Shown here piece by piece: positions 36,101 through 49,050 of a stretch of DNA of 64,000 nt. The position numbers and the translations under genes were made by a program. Each line of letters begins with the position of its first letter. The first letter of the stretch is position 1. The notes beneath the pieces were generated by a model. It had not been told where the DNA came from. It was given only the letters and a program-made list of their open reading frames with translations, and made no database searches. This DNA comes from Dimorphilus gyrociliatus (Eukaryota > Animalia > Annelida), in contig CAJFCJ010000002.1 of the NCBI GenBank assembly GCA_904063045.1, forward strand, positions 3,963,891 through 4,027,890. Direction: 5' to 3'.

Positions 36101-39100
36101 ATAGTCTTATGGAGTTTTCGGTATCAGTGTCCTGTTCAATTATAATTATATGAAGTAAGGTAGTTAAACCTTCTATTTGACTTAAGACGTAGTCTGGCGG
36201 TGTATCTGTATTATTGTCAGATATAGTTTCGATATTTTTGCAAATTTGTTCAATTATACATCCAACCAAGGAAGATAATCCCTTTCCGGTGTATGGCAGT
36301 ACAAGACAAAGAGTATTTATCCATTCTCTATGCAAATGAAGTTGTTTCTGCTTGAGCGTTTGTATAAAAGCCATTCGAAATACTCTTTGCGCGACAATAT
36401 TCTTATTTCTTACATAATGTCGAGCATTCTGATTAATTCTCAGTCTTTCTTCCAATTGTTTGGTTGGAGTTATCACGTATTCAAGTCTAATTAGAACTGA
36501 TATAAAATTAAGGATACCACACTGTAATGCTCTTTCTTCTCCGAAACTATTCATGTTGATTACTCGCTGAGCCAAACCTAATTTACCCTTAAATTTTTCA
36601 TTTCTGTATATTGTAGATAATAAACAATGAATGGCTGTGCTCTGTACTTTACATTTTTGCAATAAATCTGTAATAAACTTGCAGAATCCGTCTCCCTTTT
36701 CCATTGATATGGTTGCAATTTGTTTATAAATACCAGTTAAAAATTCTACTGCTTTCACCTGAACCTGACAATTAGATATACGGTCGGAAGTGGAGATTTT
36801 ACCAACTGGTAGTTTAGCTGGATAATATGAACGAATAATATGTAAACATAAGCAAGTTAACAATTCTAAGAGGCTACAAGATTGCGGACAAATATTTTTC
36901 TCTTCATTAAATTCGAAGCCATCAATGGATCTTGCGTGAGAATCGAATAATTTTAACAGCTGCAGTGAACGCTTTGTTGTTGATTGTGTTACTTGCGAAG
37001 TTGCAAGTGCAGAAGATAGTAATTTACAATTTGCGTCAAGGATATTTTCAAGGCATTCCAAACAATGTAGAATTCTATCTGAATCATATTTTTGACAATA
37101 AAGTAGAATTTTATTAACCATTAAGTAACCATCTTCACTCTTTTCGAATACTTCGTCCTCGTCAATTTCCCTGGGTTTAGTATCTGTTAAATCATATTGC
37201 ACGGATACTACTTGAAAAACATCGTTTAAAATATCATCCAAAATATCTCTAGCCACTTGATATGATTCTCTCTTAAACAATTTTTGATCATTTTCCGAAC
37301 GTACACGTTCCTGTTCAATCAAATTTTGTCCTATACTTTTTTCAATTTCACCGTCGTCGATAGCCTCGTCGGCACTTGAATAGGATGAACCTTCTTCGCT
37401 GACATTATTATTTTTACTTTCGTCCTAGAAAAAGAGATAGTAATTTAACTAGCTGCTTAAGTGTTGCTTATTGAAAAGAAAAATGACAAATAATTAAATA
37501 CTTGAAAAGTTATTCCCTCCATTTTACAGACGTCTTTATCTAATCTTCGGGCGTTTCTTACATTTGATGGAGCAAATAGATTTTGGGTGAGATCAAGAAC
37601 GTCAAAGCTGGGAGTTTCACAATTGTCAAATGGGTTTAAACGGAGATTGACGTTAGAAGCATCAATCTTATCGTAATCGTTTGATTCGGCTGCTGGATGA
37701 TAGGTTTCGGTAAGTCGTCCAGTGTCTGTTAATGATGTCATTGCATAACAGACGTTACTTTCATTTTTTTCAGATGGCTTACTCTTCTTTATTCCGTTAG
37801 ATTTCTTAATATACTTTACTTCCCCTTTGACATGTGAAATGGCGCAAATATTGGCTTCATCGTCACTAAAATTCTTCTTATCTCCCCTCAGCTTTTGTTG
37901 AAAAGACAGAAGATTCTTTAAACAAATTCGAGCAGTATCTGGATGTAAGAGTATAAGGAGAAGGGGTTCCAAAACTCTAACCAAATCCGATCGCTGAACT
38001 GCGTGTGACAACCAGTGTAGAGCGACTTGTCTACATTCGGGAAAACTATTCCTATTCAAAGCTGACAGTACAACCACAACGCTTCTGTCAAAAGACTTTG
38101 TAAGCGTTGAAATATTCGAGAAAGATGAAGATTCCCTCAGAACATGCCACATAGCTGAGAAATTGGTATGTGCACGAACCCTTTCAATTAGATCTTCTTC
38201 AACAAGGGCTTCACCTATTTAACAATTAGAATTAGTTGATAAATTGATAAAATATCCCAACAATTAATGATTATATACCTATAACATCCTCACAAATTGA
38301 TGTTGGTGCTAATTGGTGTAATTTATCAAATAGTTCCACATTTTTTTCCAATCGGTTAGAATCTGATAGCTTTTTCCAAAGTCGTCTTGCTAAGACTTCG
38401 AAAATAAAGTTGTTTTTAAGCATATAATCTAGTTGATTTTGCTTTAATATTGGTCTCATAACAATTTGAGTGGATGATTTTGAAGCCTTTCGCCTCTTCA
38501 AAACAGATTTAACGGTTGATGATATAGATACTAATTCGAGAAATGATGAAACTCCTATATATTCAATATCTAAATTTTTTGTGGCGCAACAACAGAAGAG
38601 TAATAATTTTAACCAATTTGGGACCTCCTCGATATCTTCAACATCATCCATATCGTCTACGCACATTGGGAATGTAGAAAATTCGAGAATTAATTCGCAA
38701 CATAAACGAAACGATGCAACAACTTCTTCTGAACAGTCATGTGCCATTTTAACAACTTCCGTTTGAGAGGTCGATATTTTTAGTAGGTTTCCTATTATGT
38801 TATCAAATTTTTCAAAGTTAATTAGTCTTTTAGTAATATTTTCGAAGACTGAAACTGCCTGTTTAAAGCAATTTTCAAGCGTTTCGTTTTTCCCTAAATC
38901 GTTTGTTTGTTGTCGGGAATTTTCTTCTTCAGAATGTTCCCCGTCTGACGGTATTTGCACCATAGTAGGTAAAACTTTCATCAGTAGCTTTTTACAAAGG
39001 CCTAAGAGAATTTCCAAGGTCTCACATCGCATAGTTGTAGAATATTTAAGTGAGACAGCTAACAGGTGATTTAGAAGCGTTGGAACTTGTTTTGTTTGGA

Positions 39101-41287
39101 CAGCAACTATATTTTCAGGAGGTACTTGTTCTAATACAACGGTAATAAGTTCACACATTTCGACAAGATCACCTTTTTCGGCTGCTATGTTAGCATTTTT
39201 CGCTAGAAAGCTCCAGACGTAATCCTCTTCCAAACTGCTGAGTAGCAAATTGGACATTTTGACAATTTCATCCTTCCTTTCTATTGATTCTGTTTTACAC
39301 AAGCGCTTAATGAGGCGTATTAGATCCAAGAGTACATCTTCTATAATACTAGCTCCTATTTCTGCTTTATCCAACAGTGAAATTGTAATTTTAAATGGAT
39401 AAAGTCCCGTAACATCTTTAGCATTTCTGGCTAATTCTTTTAGGGCATCAGAAAGCATCTTCTTAGAGTTAACTTCAAAGTATTCATGAGTCAACTCAGC
39501 TGTGGAGAGTGAATCAGTTCGCTCTGTCTTCCAGTTAATGGGCACTCCATTGCCATCGGTCCCTAATAGCCAAGCATATAATCTTCTATTTAAGGACATG
39601 TCTCTTCTGAGAACAACAATTATGGCACTCTTTGCTAGCTTTCTCATATCATCTTTTATGAGATGACTACTATGTATGGGAAAAGAGAGAAGTAGAAGAT
39701 CAAGAGCGGCTCTTTGAACGAGAACAGAGAAATCTTGAATAGATTGGCAAAGAGATGACACAAAAGAATCAACATTCGTTCCTATCAAGAACAATTGGTC
39801 TTCCATACTCTTTTTCTTATCCAGTTTAGAGAGTACATAAGTCAAGGCTTGCAAACGAGTTTGAGCATTAAATAGAACGCATTCCCAGAGACACCCATAA
39901 AAGAAAATGGAATCAACAGCATCACAAAGAGAGTCCAATAATCTTGAAACTCTATCAAAGTGTTCAGATCCTTCCTCCAAACCTGGTAATAGACCGAAAA
40001 GAAGTCCCGGAATGGCTGGACGAGATAATTTGTTCAGAGGAACAAAATGAGTTTCAAATAGTTGCAAGAGAACTGGCTTAACGTTAGTAGCGGCAAATGC
40101 CAAAAGAGGAAGAAGTCCTGTTGAGTAGGTTAATAAATCGGCCGCCAAACGGGACGTTCCCATACATCGAAACATTATATCGTACGTTTCTAAGCATCTT
40201 AGATGAACTCCGGCTGGTAATGCCGGATGCAAGCATTGAGCAAGTCTTTTTCCAATAGTCACTCTCTTAGGTACAATGGGATATCGTACGTTGTTCTGTA
40301 AAACCTAGAAGTATTCATAGAAAAATCAATTACTATCAATATACATCATTGAAACAAGCAAATATATCAAATTGTATATTCAAGTATAAATAATAGTTTG
40401 TGTTTCTTATCTTATATTTTTAATCTAAAAAATAGGCGTATCAATACCTTAAATAATCCAAACAGCAAAATAACATACAATAGAAGAATTGAGTAATAGT
40501 GTTCGAAGCATTTAGAACGTTTGTAATAATTGTTTAATTATATAGAAAACTTTCTCTAATTAATAAATAATGTTAATTCCTATGATATATAACATACTGT
40601 TAAAAAAGGGTATTCAGAGGTCTTAAGCAAATGATAACTTAATAAGGTTATTAACTTAATATCACATGTTAAAATATATCAATTAGCTAGAGGATTAATA
40701 CAAAAAGAAAAACACCATAGGCAAATAAAAGAGATAGTTGAAACAAATAAAACCAAATTATAAAGAGAGAAAAAGATCAGATAATACATTTTAAATATGT
40801 TTTCTAATTCGAACATTCTCAGTACGGTATTTTTTATTTTTCTATTTTTTTATTCTGATTTATTTCAGCCTATGATTTTTATTTACTAAATATGTTTCTT
40901 ACATGATAAAATTTTATTATTTCGATTAAATGGATGGAAAAAAATTGATGAAGTAATTGATTGTATTACAAAGCGCGTTTAGATTATATCAATACTGAAG
41001 TGCATTTGATTGAACCGAAGTATATATCGATATTACATCTTAAATTTGCTTTATAAATTGCAGGGTAATTAAAACTCACCTTATTCAACTTTCCAAGAGC
41101 TGATATCATATCAGGCCAATCATTTGTAGATTCGAAGCCCTTTAGGACTTTTTCAACCTGATAAATGATCACAAATAATTGTTTAATAAAAAGTAATCAA
41201 TAATTTTAATCGTAACACCTGTGCTACATATGCCCTATATTTGGAATCGGACAGTAAGTCGCATTCTTCGGGGGATATTAAACTCAT
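33150..41287 (-). CDS. DOP1: Dopey/DOP1 leucine-zipper trafficking protein, about 2098 aa
   Basis: Exons 41287-41219, 41157-41080, 40304-38279, 38214-37502, 37424-35336, 35110-34378, 33738-33150. N-terminal LLSDSKYR..Y, W.DMISALGKLNK, TIGKRLAQCLHPALPAGVH; C-terminal LYLATCKLLDL..LPQFAMYKWAF. Confidence 0.94.
34238..34261 (-). other. Candidate 24-nt alternative microexon of DOP1
   Basis: tattgcactaacgtaacag|CGAAAAAAAGAAAGTTAACGGCAG|gtaaaa; phase 2-2, in frame, no stop. Confidence 0.6.
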
Positions 41288-42202
41288 CTTTCAGTAGTAT
41301 TAACGAGAACACTGTTTTAAAAAAAGGATATATTTATTTCAAAGCCATATATAACATATGCTCAAATCGAAATTAATGAACTCATTGAAAATAAATACCA
41401 AATTTTATTTTTAACTATTTAAGAATTAGGATAGTTTAATTAACTTACACTAGTCCGTGGTCGCCAAAAATATATAACTCCAATGTGACATGTCAAAAAG
41501 TATAGATACAATATTTCAAAATGATTTGACGTTTCCTGAAATAAAAAATATATTGCGGGATATCTAAATTGCAGGTTTAGTTAGTGACACTTCTATATAG
41601 AGAAACTCAGAAAATCTCTCAAACATTATACAAAAACACCTAAATAATAAACTGGTAAAATTAGTAATAACGATGTAGTACTAGACTAATCTGATTAAAT
41701 CCTTTTATTCAAAAACAAAAACAAAAACAACAACTTGTAAGATAAACTATTTTTTAAACCTTTCTTTTTCAAGTCCTGCACAAATTTGAAAAAGGAATTC
41801 TTGTTTGCAAACCTTTGCATATATTTAAAGCCTTACTATAGGAAAAATCTTAAATAGAAAAACGTACGATGATTACTCATTGAAAACTTAGATCTTTGGC
41901 CAGCTCATAGCTTGGGAAAACCAATCACGAGATTATGAGGGCAACGTTTTAAGAATCTTATTTTTAATATTTCTCCATAATATTTTTACAAATATCTAAT
42001 ATGATGTTTATAATTTTAATACATGTCAATCATTAATCCGAACAATTTGATTTTTAGCAAGGTAAAAAGAAAAAGCTATAATGAGGCACCGCGCTCCGAT
42101 GCTAATTTTGTATGCAAAATATCTCTTTTGAATACAGAATCGCCAAGCAGTAGCAGACGACATTATCACGCCGGTTTCAATTGACCTTAAATTCGTTACA
42201 TC

Positions 42203-42804
42203 ATGGATTTATCTTCTCCTCACCCAATGAATAAGGCTGATGGTGCCTCAAAAGAACATATGATGGATCAGTTGAGACAACAAATTGCTGTTGCAAACGC
42301 AACAGAACTTTTACAGGTAAAAAACCAACCTAAATGAATCTTGCGTTGTTCCCATATTTCGCCGTTAAATAAATTTGGCTTTAAACTCTACTGGAAGCTT
42401 TTAACGATTTTAAAAAAGTCCTACCTTTATACAAATATTAAAAAATCATCAATATAAATATAAGGATATACCAAGCTAAATTTTTAAATCGTATAATGAT
42501 TCCACTTATATTAATCAGAATGCCATGCCTGAAGTTTCCAACAATAGCTTATTAAAAATTCTATTGTATCTAATTCTTTTCTCGAATTTTAGAAATTATC
42601 TGACAAATGCTTCAAAAAGTGCGTAACGAGCCCAGGAACATCTCTAGGAAACTCGGAACAGGTAAAATTACTTTGTCATTCAGATTATCTTTGAAACATG
42701 ACCTTTTTCAGAAATGTATTGCTATGTGCGTAGATCGTTATTTGGATTCTTGGAATGTTGTGTCTAAATCGTATGTACAAAGACTACAAAAGGAACGACA
42801 ATAG
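42203..42804 (+). CDS. TIMM13: Mitochondrial intermembrane-space chaperone Tim13
   Basis: Exons 42203-42316, 42593-42661, 42712-42804. QIAVANA.ELLQ, twin CX3C (KCFKKC, KCIAMC), DRYLDSWNVVS. Confidence 0.95.
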
Positions 42805-43078
42805 ACTAGTTTCTGCCCACTAATGTAAAAACTCGTTCGATAATAAAATATTATCAATTGGTTTTCTAACTTGTATAGAGAAATAATGTCTTTGGTTTTT
42901 GAGCATTTCGTAATTTAGGATTATAATACAGTTACATTAATTAGAGCCTCAACAGTCGATATGAAAGTTTCAAAGCATATGTTTTATTTAAATTTTTAGA
43001 AATTTAGGAGACAAAAGAAAATGTACATTTTATTGGATAGATAAAAACTAAGATAATCTTTACATCTTTTTTTTATCA

Positions 43079-44504
43079 TCAAGATTCTTTCTCTTCCTCA
43101 AGAGAGATATCTTTCATTGGCAGCTCTAAAGTACTCCAAGATCCTGGCTCGGCTTTGCAGAGAGTGATTTCTACTTTCGGTCCCATTAACTTTACACTAC
43201 TCTTTGCAGGATTTATAATCTAGTATATGATACATATCAGTAAAATTTATTATTATATTGACGTAACATTACTAACCCCTTTTAGATTAAATTTCTGCTC
43301 AAATTGAGAAACTCCCTTGTCAAAGACCACCTTTACATGACAGACAACTTGATTTACTTTAATTTCAGTTTTTTCAGGTACTGTCATTTTACAGTAAACT
43401 GAAATAGTTATATTAGATCCAGTTTCAAAAAAATCATATCGACAAGCAGCTTTTTTTGCCTGGTAATAGATACAGGTAGAACAATTATTAAATTGTTGAC
43501 ATTATTAAATACACACCCCTTCTTTTTTCCAAACGTGTTTTCCTTCTTGACACCCCTTTTGACTGAGAAACTCAGAAAATTCTGTTGTTCTCTTTTTGCA
43601 ACAAGTCCAAAATTTCAGGCTGTAACAATATGTTATTATATATACTAAGTAATAATCTCAATACAAAAATAATCATTACCCTTCATGGAACATTGGAGCC
43701 CCAGGATGGAATCTGCATATCTCAGTATTACTTGATTCATCAATATAGCTCTACGTTAAAAAATAATTGAAATACATAAAGATTCTGATTTGTAAGCTGA
43801 AAGAGCTTACCTTATCACACCCGTTATTTTTACAACTTTTCGAATCTTCTTTTGACTCGCTTCCTTCACTTTTAGACTTTTCTTTCTCCCAAGAGCTTTT
43901 CAGAGATTGTGCAACTACTGCTTTCAGCACAATCAATTCCTCATCAGGTGATGGTCTTTCCATAGGAACGCGAGTTTCCTGTGGTGGTCGAGTTTGTTGT
44001 TTAACTTCTATCTTTTCCTTCGCATTTTCTGTTTTTTCTTTTTTTGGTTCTTCTGGCTTCACATTGCTATGACGGCCTTTTGCACAACCCTATGAAGTAT
44101 TTTATTCTCCTGCTTTATTTAAGATGATATAGGCATGCTTGTGAAATATACTTACAGGAAAACTCAAACAAGTAGTGAAATCTGTAGATCTTTTGCTACA
44201 ACAAGACCATCCTTTCATAGCATCATGAAATACAGGTCGGCCAGGATGAAAGATGCAACTCTCTGTTTTGAAATAAGCATTTATACTTCATAAGCATTGC
44301 TATCCGGTACATTCTAGAACATTCTCTCTCTAATATCGTTCAAAGTTTCTTTACAAACACTATGTTTTTCATGTGAAAATCAATATTAAAGTATTGTTAA
44401 CATATAATTTTTATTTAAACTTAAAATATTCTACCATCTTTATTTCTCTCAGGATCAAACTTCTTGCCACAACCCAAGTTATAACACTGTTGTTCAGTAG
44501 ACAT
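43079..44504 (-). CDS. CHORDC1: CHORD domain-containing Hsp90 co-chaperone (CHP-1/Morgana), 317 aa
   Basis: Exons 44504-44435, 44262-44156, 44089-43811, 43750-43680, 43619-43517, 43459-43277, 43219-43079. CHORD1 [28 protein letters not shown]2 [23 protein letters not shown], then a CS domain. Confidence 0.95.
44306..44325. promoter_or_regulatory. Heat-shock element in CHORDC1 intron 1
   Basis: gGTAcaTTCtaGAAcaTTCt: three perfect inverted nGAAn units plus one degenerate unit. Confidence 0.65.
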
Positions 44505-44631
44505 GGCTTTCTTTCGACTTTATTAAAAGTGTGGTGCGTGGTCCGTTTTGCGATGTTGTACTATACTCCAAGAGAAATTAGTGCAATCAACATTTCCTTT
44601 GCAATACCCAGAAAGTGACAGGTAACCCGCT

Positions 44632-44647
44632 GTTATCACGTGATAAC
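44632..44647. promoter_or_regulatory. 16-bp perfect palindrome with an E-box core in the CHORDC1/CD2AP bidirectional promoter
   Basis: GTTATCACGTGATAAC lies in the 225-bp gap between the divergent ATGs (44504, 44730). An ETS-like ACTTCCG follows at about 44654. Confidence 0.55.
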
Positions 44648-44729
44648 TACAACTTCCGTTGTGTTCAACGGCTGACTAAAAATTTGTTGTCTCCAAATTT
44701 ACGATCACGAGAATACAAAAATCGTAAAA

Positions 44730-47700
44730 ATGGGTAAGCATTTGTTTCATGTTAGGAATTTAAATCACTAGAATCATTGATACCTAGGTTTAGGCTCCGA
44801 TTTCATTTAAAAACACCTGTGTTCCTCTTTGATTAGGCCTAAGCAGGTGAAATCGCGCTTGTAAGTACATGCCCAAAAAGCGCGAAAATAGCGAATTAAG
44901 AAATTTGTAAATATTTATTAAGGGAAGTTAGACGAGTCTTTATTAGTATAAATAAGCTTCGTTCGATTTTTTTTCTTCAAAATTTCGATTGAAGATTAAG
45001 GCTAATAATAGTATTATATTTTGCAGAATGTATTGTCGAATTTGACTATGATGCTGAACAAAACGACGAAATCAGTCTGCGAGCTAATGATATCATTAAG
45101 AACGTTAAAAAACAACCAGGTGATGGATGGTGGGAAGGAGAGATAAATGGAAAAAGGGGATTATTTCCGAATAACTTTGTCAAGGTAAGACATTTTTTTA
45201 CGAATGGTATTGTAATAAAACATTTTGTTATTTACGCAGGAGAGAAAGGAAAAAGCTCCACCTCCTCCACCTGTTATTTCAGATCGACCGAAGTTTGAAA
45301 AGAAATCCTCCGGTGGAGGAAGTCAAGTAGCAGAGCTAGCTTCCAAAATACAAGGTTAGAAGGGCAAAGTGTAGACTTAATAGCGCTAAAGGTTGAGCTT
45401 ATGAAAGTTTAAACAACCATAAAAGACATTCTGTAGTTACTTGATATTTAATTTTTTGAAATATGATCAATCGAAATGTGGGCGGGGTCAAAAACTTTTA
45501 GCTTTTTAATTCCGATAGATGTCTCTGAATTACGCCCCAGGAAGTATAATTTTTAATTTTGTGCCAAATAAACTTTACGTTAAAGTATCCGACCAGATAT
45601 TTTGGGATTATGTAAATAATTAATTATGTATATATCAATTTTTTACAGGCATTAAAATGGGACCACCACCAGTACATCAGAAAGGTTTCAGACGCGAAGG
45701 AAGTAGTAAAAGAGCACGACAAAGAGTTAGAGTAACTTATGAATACAAGGCCGAAAAGGAGGACGAACTATCCATAAAAGTAGGTGATATCGTTGATGTG
45801 CTAAAACAAGAAGAAGAAGGCTGGTGGGAAGGAGAATTAAACGGTCAGAAAGGTGTATTTCCATCCAATTTTGCTGAACCTATACAAGAGGGTATGACTA
45901 GTGAAGAAGAAAAGGAGGATACTGAGGAAAAAGAAATAAAGGGTAAAAAAGTAATGGGCGTTGGATTGGGTGATATATTTGGAAATCAAGGGGTAAGTCA
46001 TATGTAATTTTGTCGGAGATTTATAACAGGAAGTTTGTTTGCAAATAGCCTATTAAACTTCGTCCAACTGCTAAGCATCCAGAACCACCTCCAGTAGTTA
46101 AAGAGGAAAGAAAATTACCAGCAAAAGCTCCTCTACCTACCCCTTCTGATTTTCCAGCACCTACAAAGGAAACAAGTAATTTGCTTTTTTCAAAATTATA
46201 TTTTTATGTTTTGTTAGTCAAATATCTTGCGGAATTTGATCATTTTGAACCTTAGTTTTCCATCTTCAATCCTATATAACTCCTATTGAGAGACGATTCA
46301 AACAAATGTTGAGAACTCCCAGTACCAGCGATGAACACAAAAATATAATAGATGGCATAGCTTTCTCTAAGGGTAAAATATACACCAGAACTAATCCTTT
46401 TACCGAAAGAACTGTTCTTGAAAAGTCCTTTGCTGAAGAAAGTGAATATTTGAATGAACCAATGATATCAGATCGATTCACATACTTTAGGGGATTACTA
46501 AATCACAATCGTCTACCAATAAGCATTATTCGTCTTGCCATGAAGTATAATTTAAATGCTTTTGATTTTACTAAGGAAATCGGTTATGATAAACTGGCAA
46601 AGAGAGCTGAATGTATAGGATATACTTCAAAATTTTGTTCAGACTTTAGGGAGTAACTTAGATTGAAAAGACTAGATTTTATAATACTTTTTAATTACAA
46701 ATGTAAACAAACTTGTTTACAGAAATCTAAATTATTCCCTAGAAGGTCTAAAACTAAAACAGCAATCAATAGAGTTTCAAGCGCTCAACAAACAGATTTT
46801 TCCCTATCTATTGATATAGCTAACTCGCCCATTTTACAAAAAAGAATTCTTAAGTCAGTCGTTGCTAATTTGGATATGAATAAGCTGATAGCTGCGCGAT
46901 CGTCTGCAGCAGCTATTGCAGACAGACTTCTGGATAGAGCTAGTAAGGATTCCACTGTAATATCGACCTTGTCTGATAAAAAAGAACTTATTGCTGAGAA
47001 TAGGAAATCTGAAGACATACTCCAAATGTATGTTGATGATTTCTCACCTGTACGAAAAGATTATTTAGCTGAACCTTTAGTGGAAAATGCTCAAAGAGAG
47101 AAAGGCAAGGGTATTTGGAATAGAATAGTCCGCCATCTATCATTTAGCTCAGTAAATCGAGGTCCAGACGGGGATTTTAGTAATCTTGGGTCAAAGAAGC
47201 GAATAAGAAGCAAATCATTCAAACCCTTGAAGACACATTAGATCAGAATTTAACTATGTATTTGTTTTTGTTTTATTATTAATTTGAAAATGAAATTGTC
47301 GTTGAATGTCGTACATGATTTAAATCTAAAGTCTCAAATGTGTTTTTATTAGCTTTGAGAGAAAAAGCGGTTGTTGAACATGGATATAAGGCTAACAACG
47401 AGGATGAATTAACCATTGAAATCGGTGAGGTTTTGACCATTGTGGACAAAAACACTGAAGACGAGGGTTGGTGGAAGGGGGAATTAAACGGAAGATGTGG
47501 AATGTTTCCCAATAATTTTGTAAAATTGATTCCACCAGGTGAAGGATCAAATAACAACACGCAGGAGGTTAGTATAAATGATTTAACAAGCTCTTTGCTC
47601 CCCTTAAAAAGTCTACATTTTCTGATGTAACATAATCACTTTGAAAAATTTTGTTGTATTTTTTTTTTGCAAATTACTAAATTAATGAGATCACGGTTAC

Positions 47701-49050
47701 TGAAATCTTTTTTTATCAATCGATATACTAAACAAATGTAAGGATTATATTACAATTTGCCTAAATTTATAGATAAGAGTTAAGATAACCTCGTTCATGT
47801 GTAAAAAAAATTTCCTTATATTTTTTTTTGTTGCGGTGGTTTCATGAATTTTTTTCAATTATGCAGTCTTACGTAAGACGGCACAGGCTTTCTAAAAATC
47901 CTAAAGGCAATGGTAATTTATGTATTTACATCTATCTATACATATTTATACTTAACCTAGCTTGTATGCATATGACTGTCGTATCGTGTTATTTATGCAT
48001 GCTTAAACACAAGTGGGTTTGCTTTTTTTTGTACAGAAACCTAAAAAACCACCTCCACCAACGACTAATAAAGTAACAGTTGTAAAAACTGGTATGGTTC
48101 CATCTGGACCTTCTGCTGCTCCCCGTCCCGTTTCAGTAATTGAAGGTTGTTTAGTGAAGTAACAGCATGAAATATGCTTATAGTTTTTATTATCTTTAAA
48201 AACACAAATATATAATGGTTGCAAATAGTTTCATTTAAAACTATAACCTCATGTTAAAGTTTATTGTATCGATTTACGTAGATTCTTAAATATTAAGATA
48301 CTTATCTTTTCAGCTGTTAAACCAGGACCTCTTAAGAAACAGCCTCCTCCTCCAGTTAGCAAATCTCAGTCTTTGGATCATACTGGTAATTAAACATTAA
48401 ATGTTTTTTTTTTACAAAATAATAATTAAAAATCTCTAAAATAGATCAGAAGCCATTGGAACTGCCTTCAAAGGTATGTATTATAATTAGAAAGATGATT
48501 TTTTTAGTATTTCTTTTTTCGCTTAAAAATTAAAGCTTCCAACACCACCGACTTTTGAACCTCAGGTTGATTACCTTACTTACTGATTACGAAATTTGCA
48601 TATTTTACAAAGAAATAATTGTCTATTTATGTTTTTACAGCAAAGAGCACATGTTAATTCGTCTGGAAATACTGACTCCAGTAGGTTTTTTCATCAGTTC
48701 AAAGATAGCATACCAATTAATGGTTTACGATTTTAGATCTATCTAACGCTCAATTGGATGAACTAAGGAAGGAAATTCAATTTCTAAGGAAAAACACTGT
48801 TTTTAAGCAAGACTTTGAAAACGTTCAACAAGAACTGCAGTCTACTAAGGTTGAAATGCAAACAATGAAAGCAGAATTTAACAAAAAGCTTCTTGACTTA
48901 ATGAATGAGATCGATGATGAGAAGAAAAAACATCTTAGTACTCTGGTAAGATTATTTCGAAATTAATATTTTCTTCGTTTTATATTAAAATGAGGTGTCT
49001 CTTTTCAGGTTGAAATTGATAGAGTTAAAAAATTAGTAAGCTCTAAGTAA
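44730..49050 (+). CDS. CD2AP: CD2AP/SH3KBP1 (CIN85/cindr) adaptor: three SH3 domains, proline-rich region, C-terminal coiled coil
   Basis: Exons 44730-44733, 45027-45184, 45240-45354, 45649-45992, 46049-46175, 47353-47567, 48037-48145, 48314-48385, 48445-48473, 48536-48565, 48641-48680, 48737-48945, 49009-49050 are phase-compatible. Three SH3s (GWWEGE..G.FP.NF) and terminal [17 protein letters not shown]. Confidence 0.9.
46256..47241 (+). CDS. Unexplained coding sequence inside CD2AP intron 5 (alternative exons or nested gene)
   Basis: ORFs 46306-46656 and 46663-47241 share one frame. Acceptor ttag|46256 continues CD2AP exon 5 in phase 1. A 90-nt intron 46653-46742 would remove the single stop. 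Confidence 0.55.

Noticed and set aside
5391-41035. Several TATCGATA (DRE-like) octamers, including one 150 nt upstream of SMPD2
   Set aside because: The count is close to expectation for this base composition and the positions are inconsistent.
42607-42804. ORF reading through TIMM13 intron 2
   Set aside because: It reads exon 2 in the wrong frame. The spliced model restores the twin CX3C motif.
45465-45535. Possible C/D snoRNA in CD2AP intron 3 (ATGATCA..CTGA)
   Set aside because: Imperfect box C, weak terminal stem, and the putative guide is sense rather than antisense to the rRNA segment it resembles.
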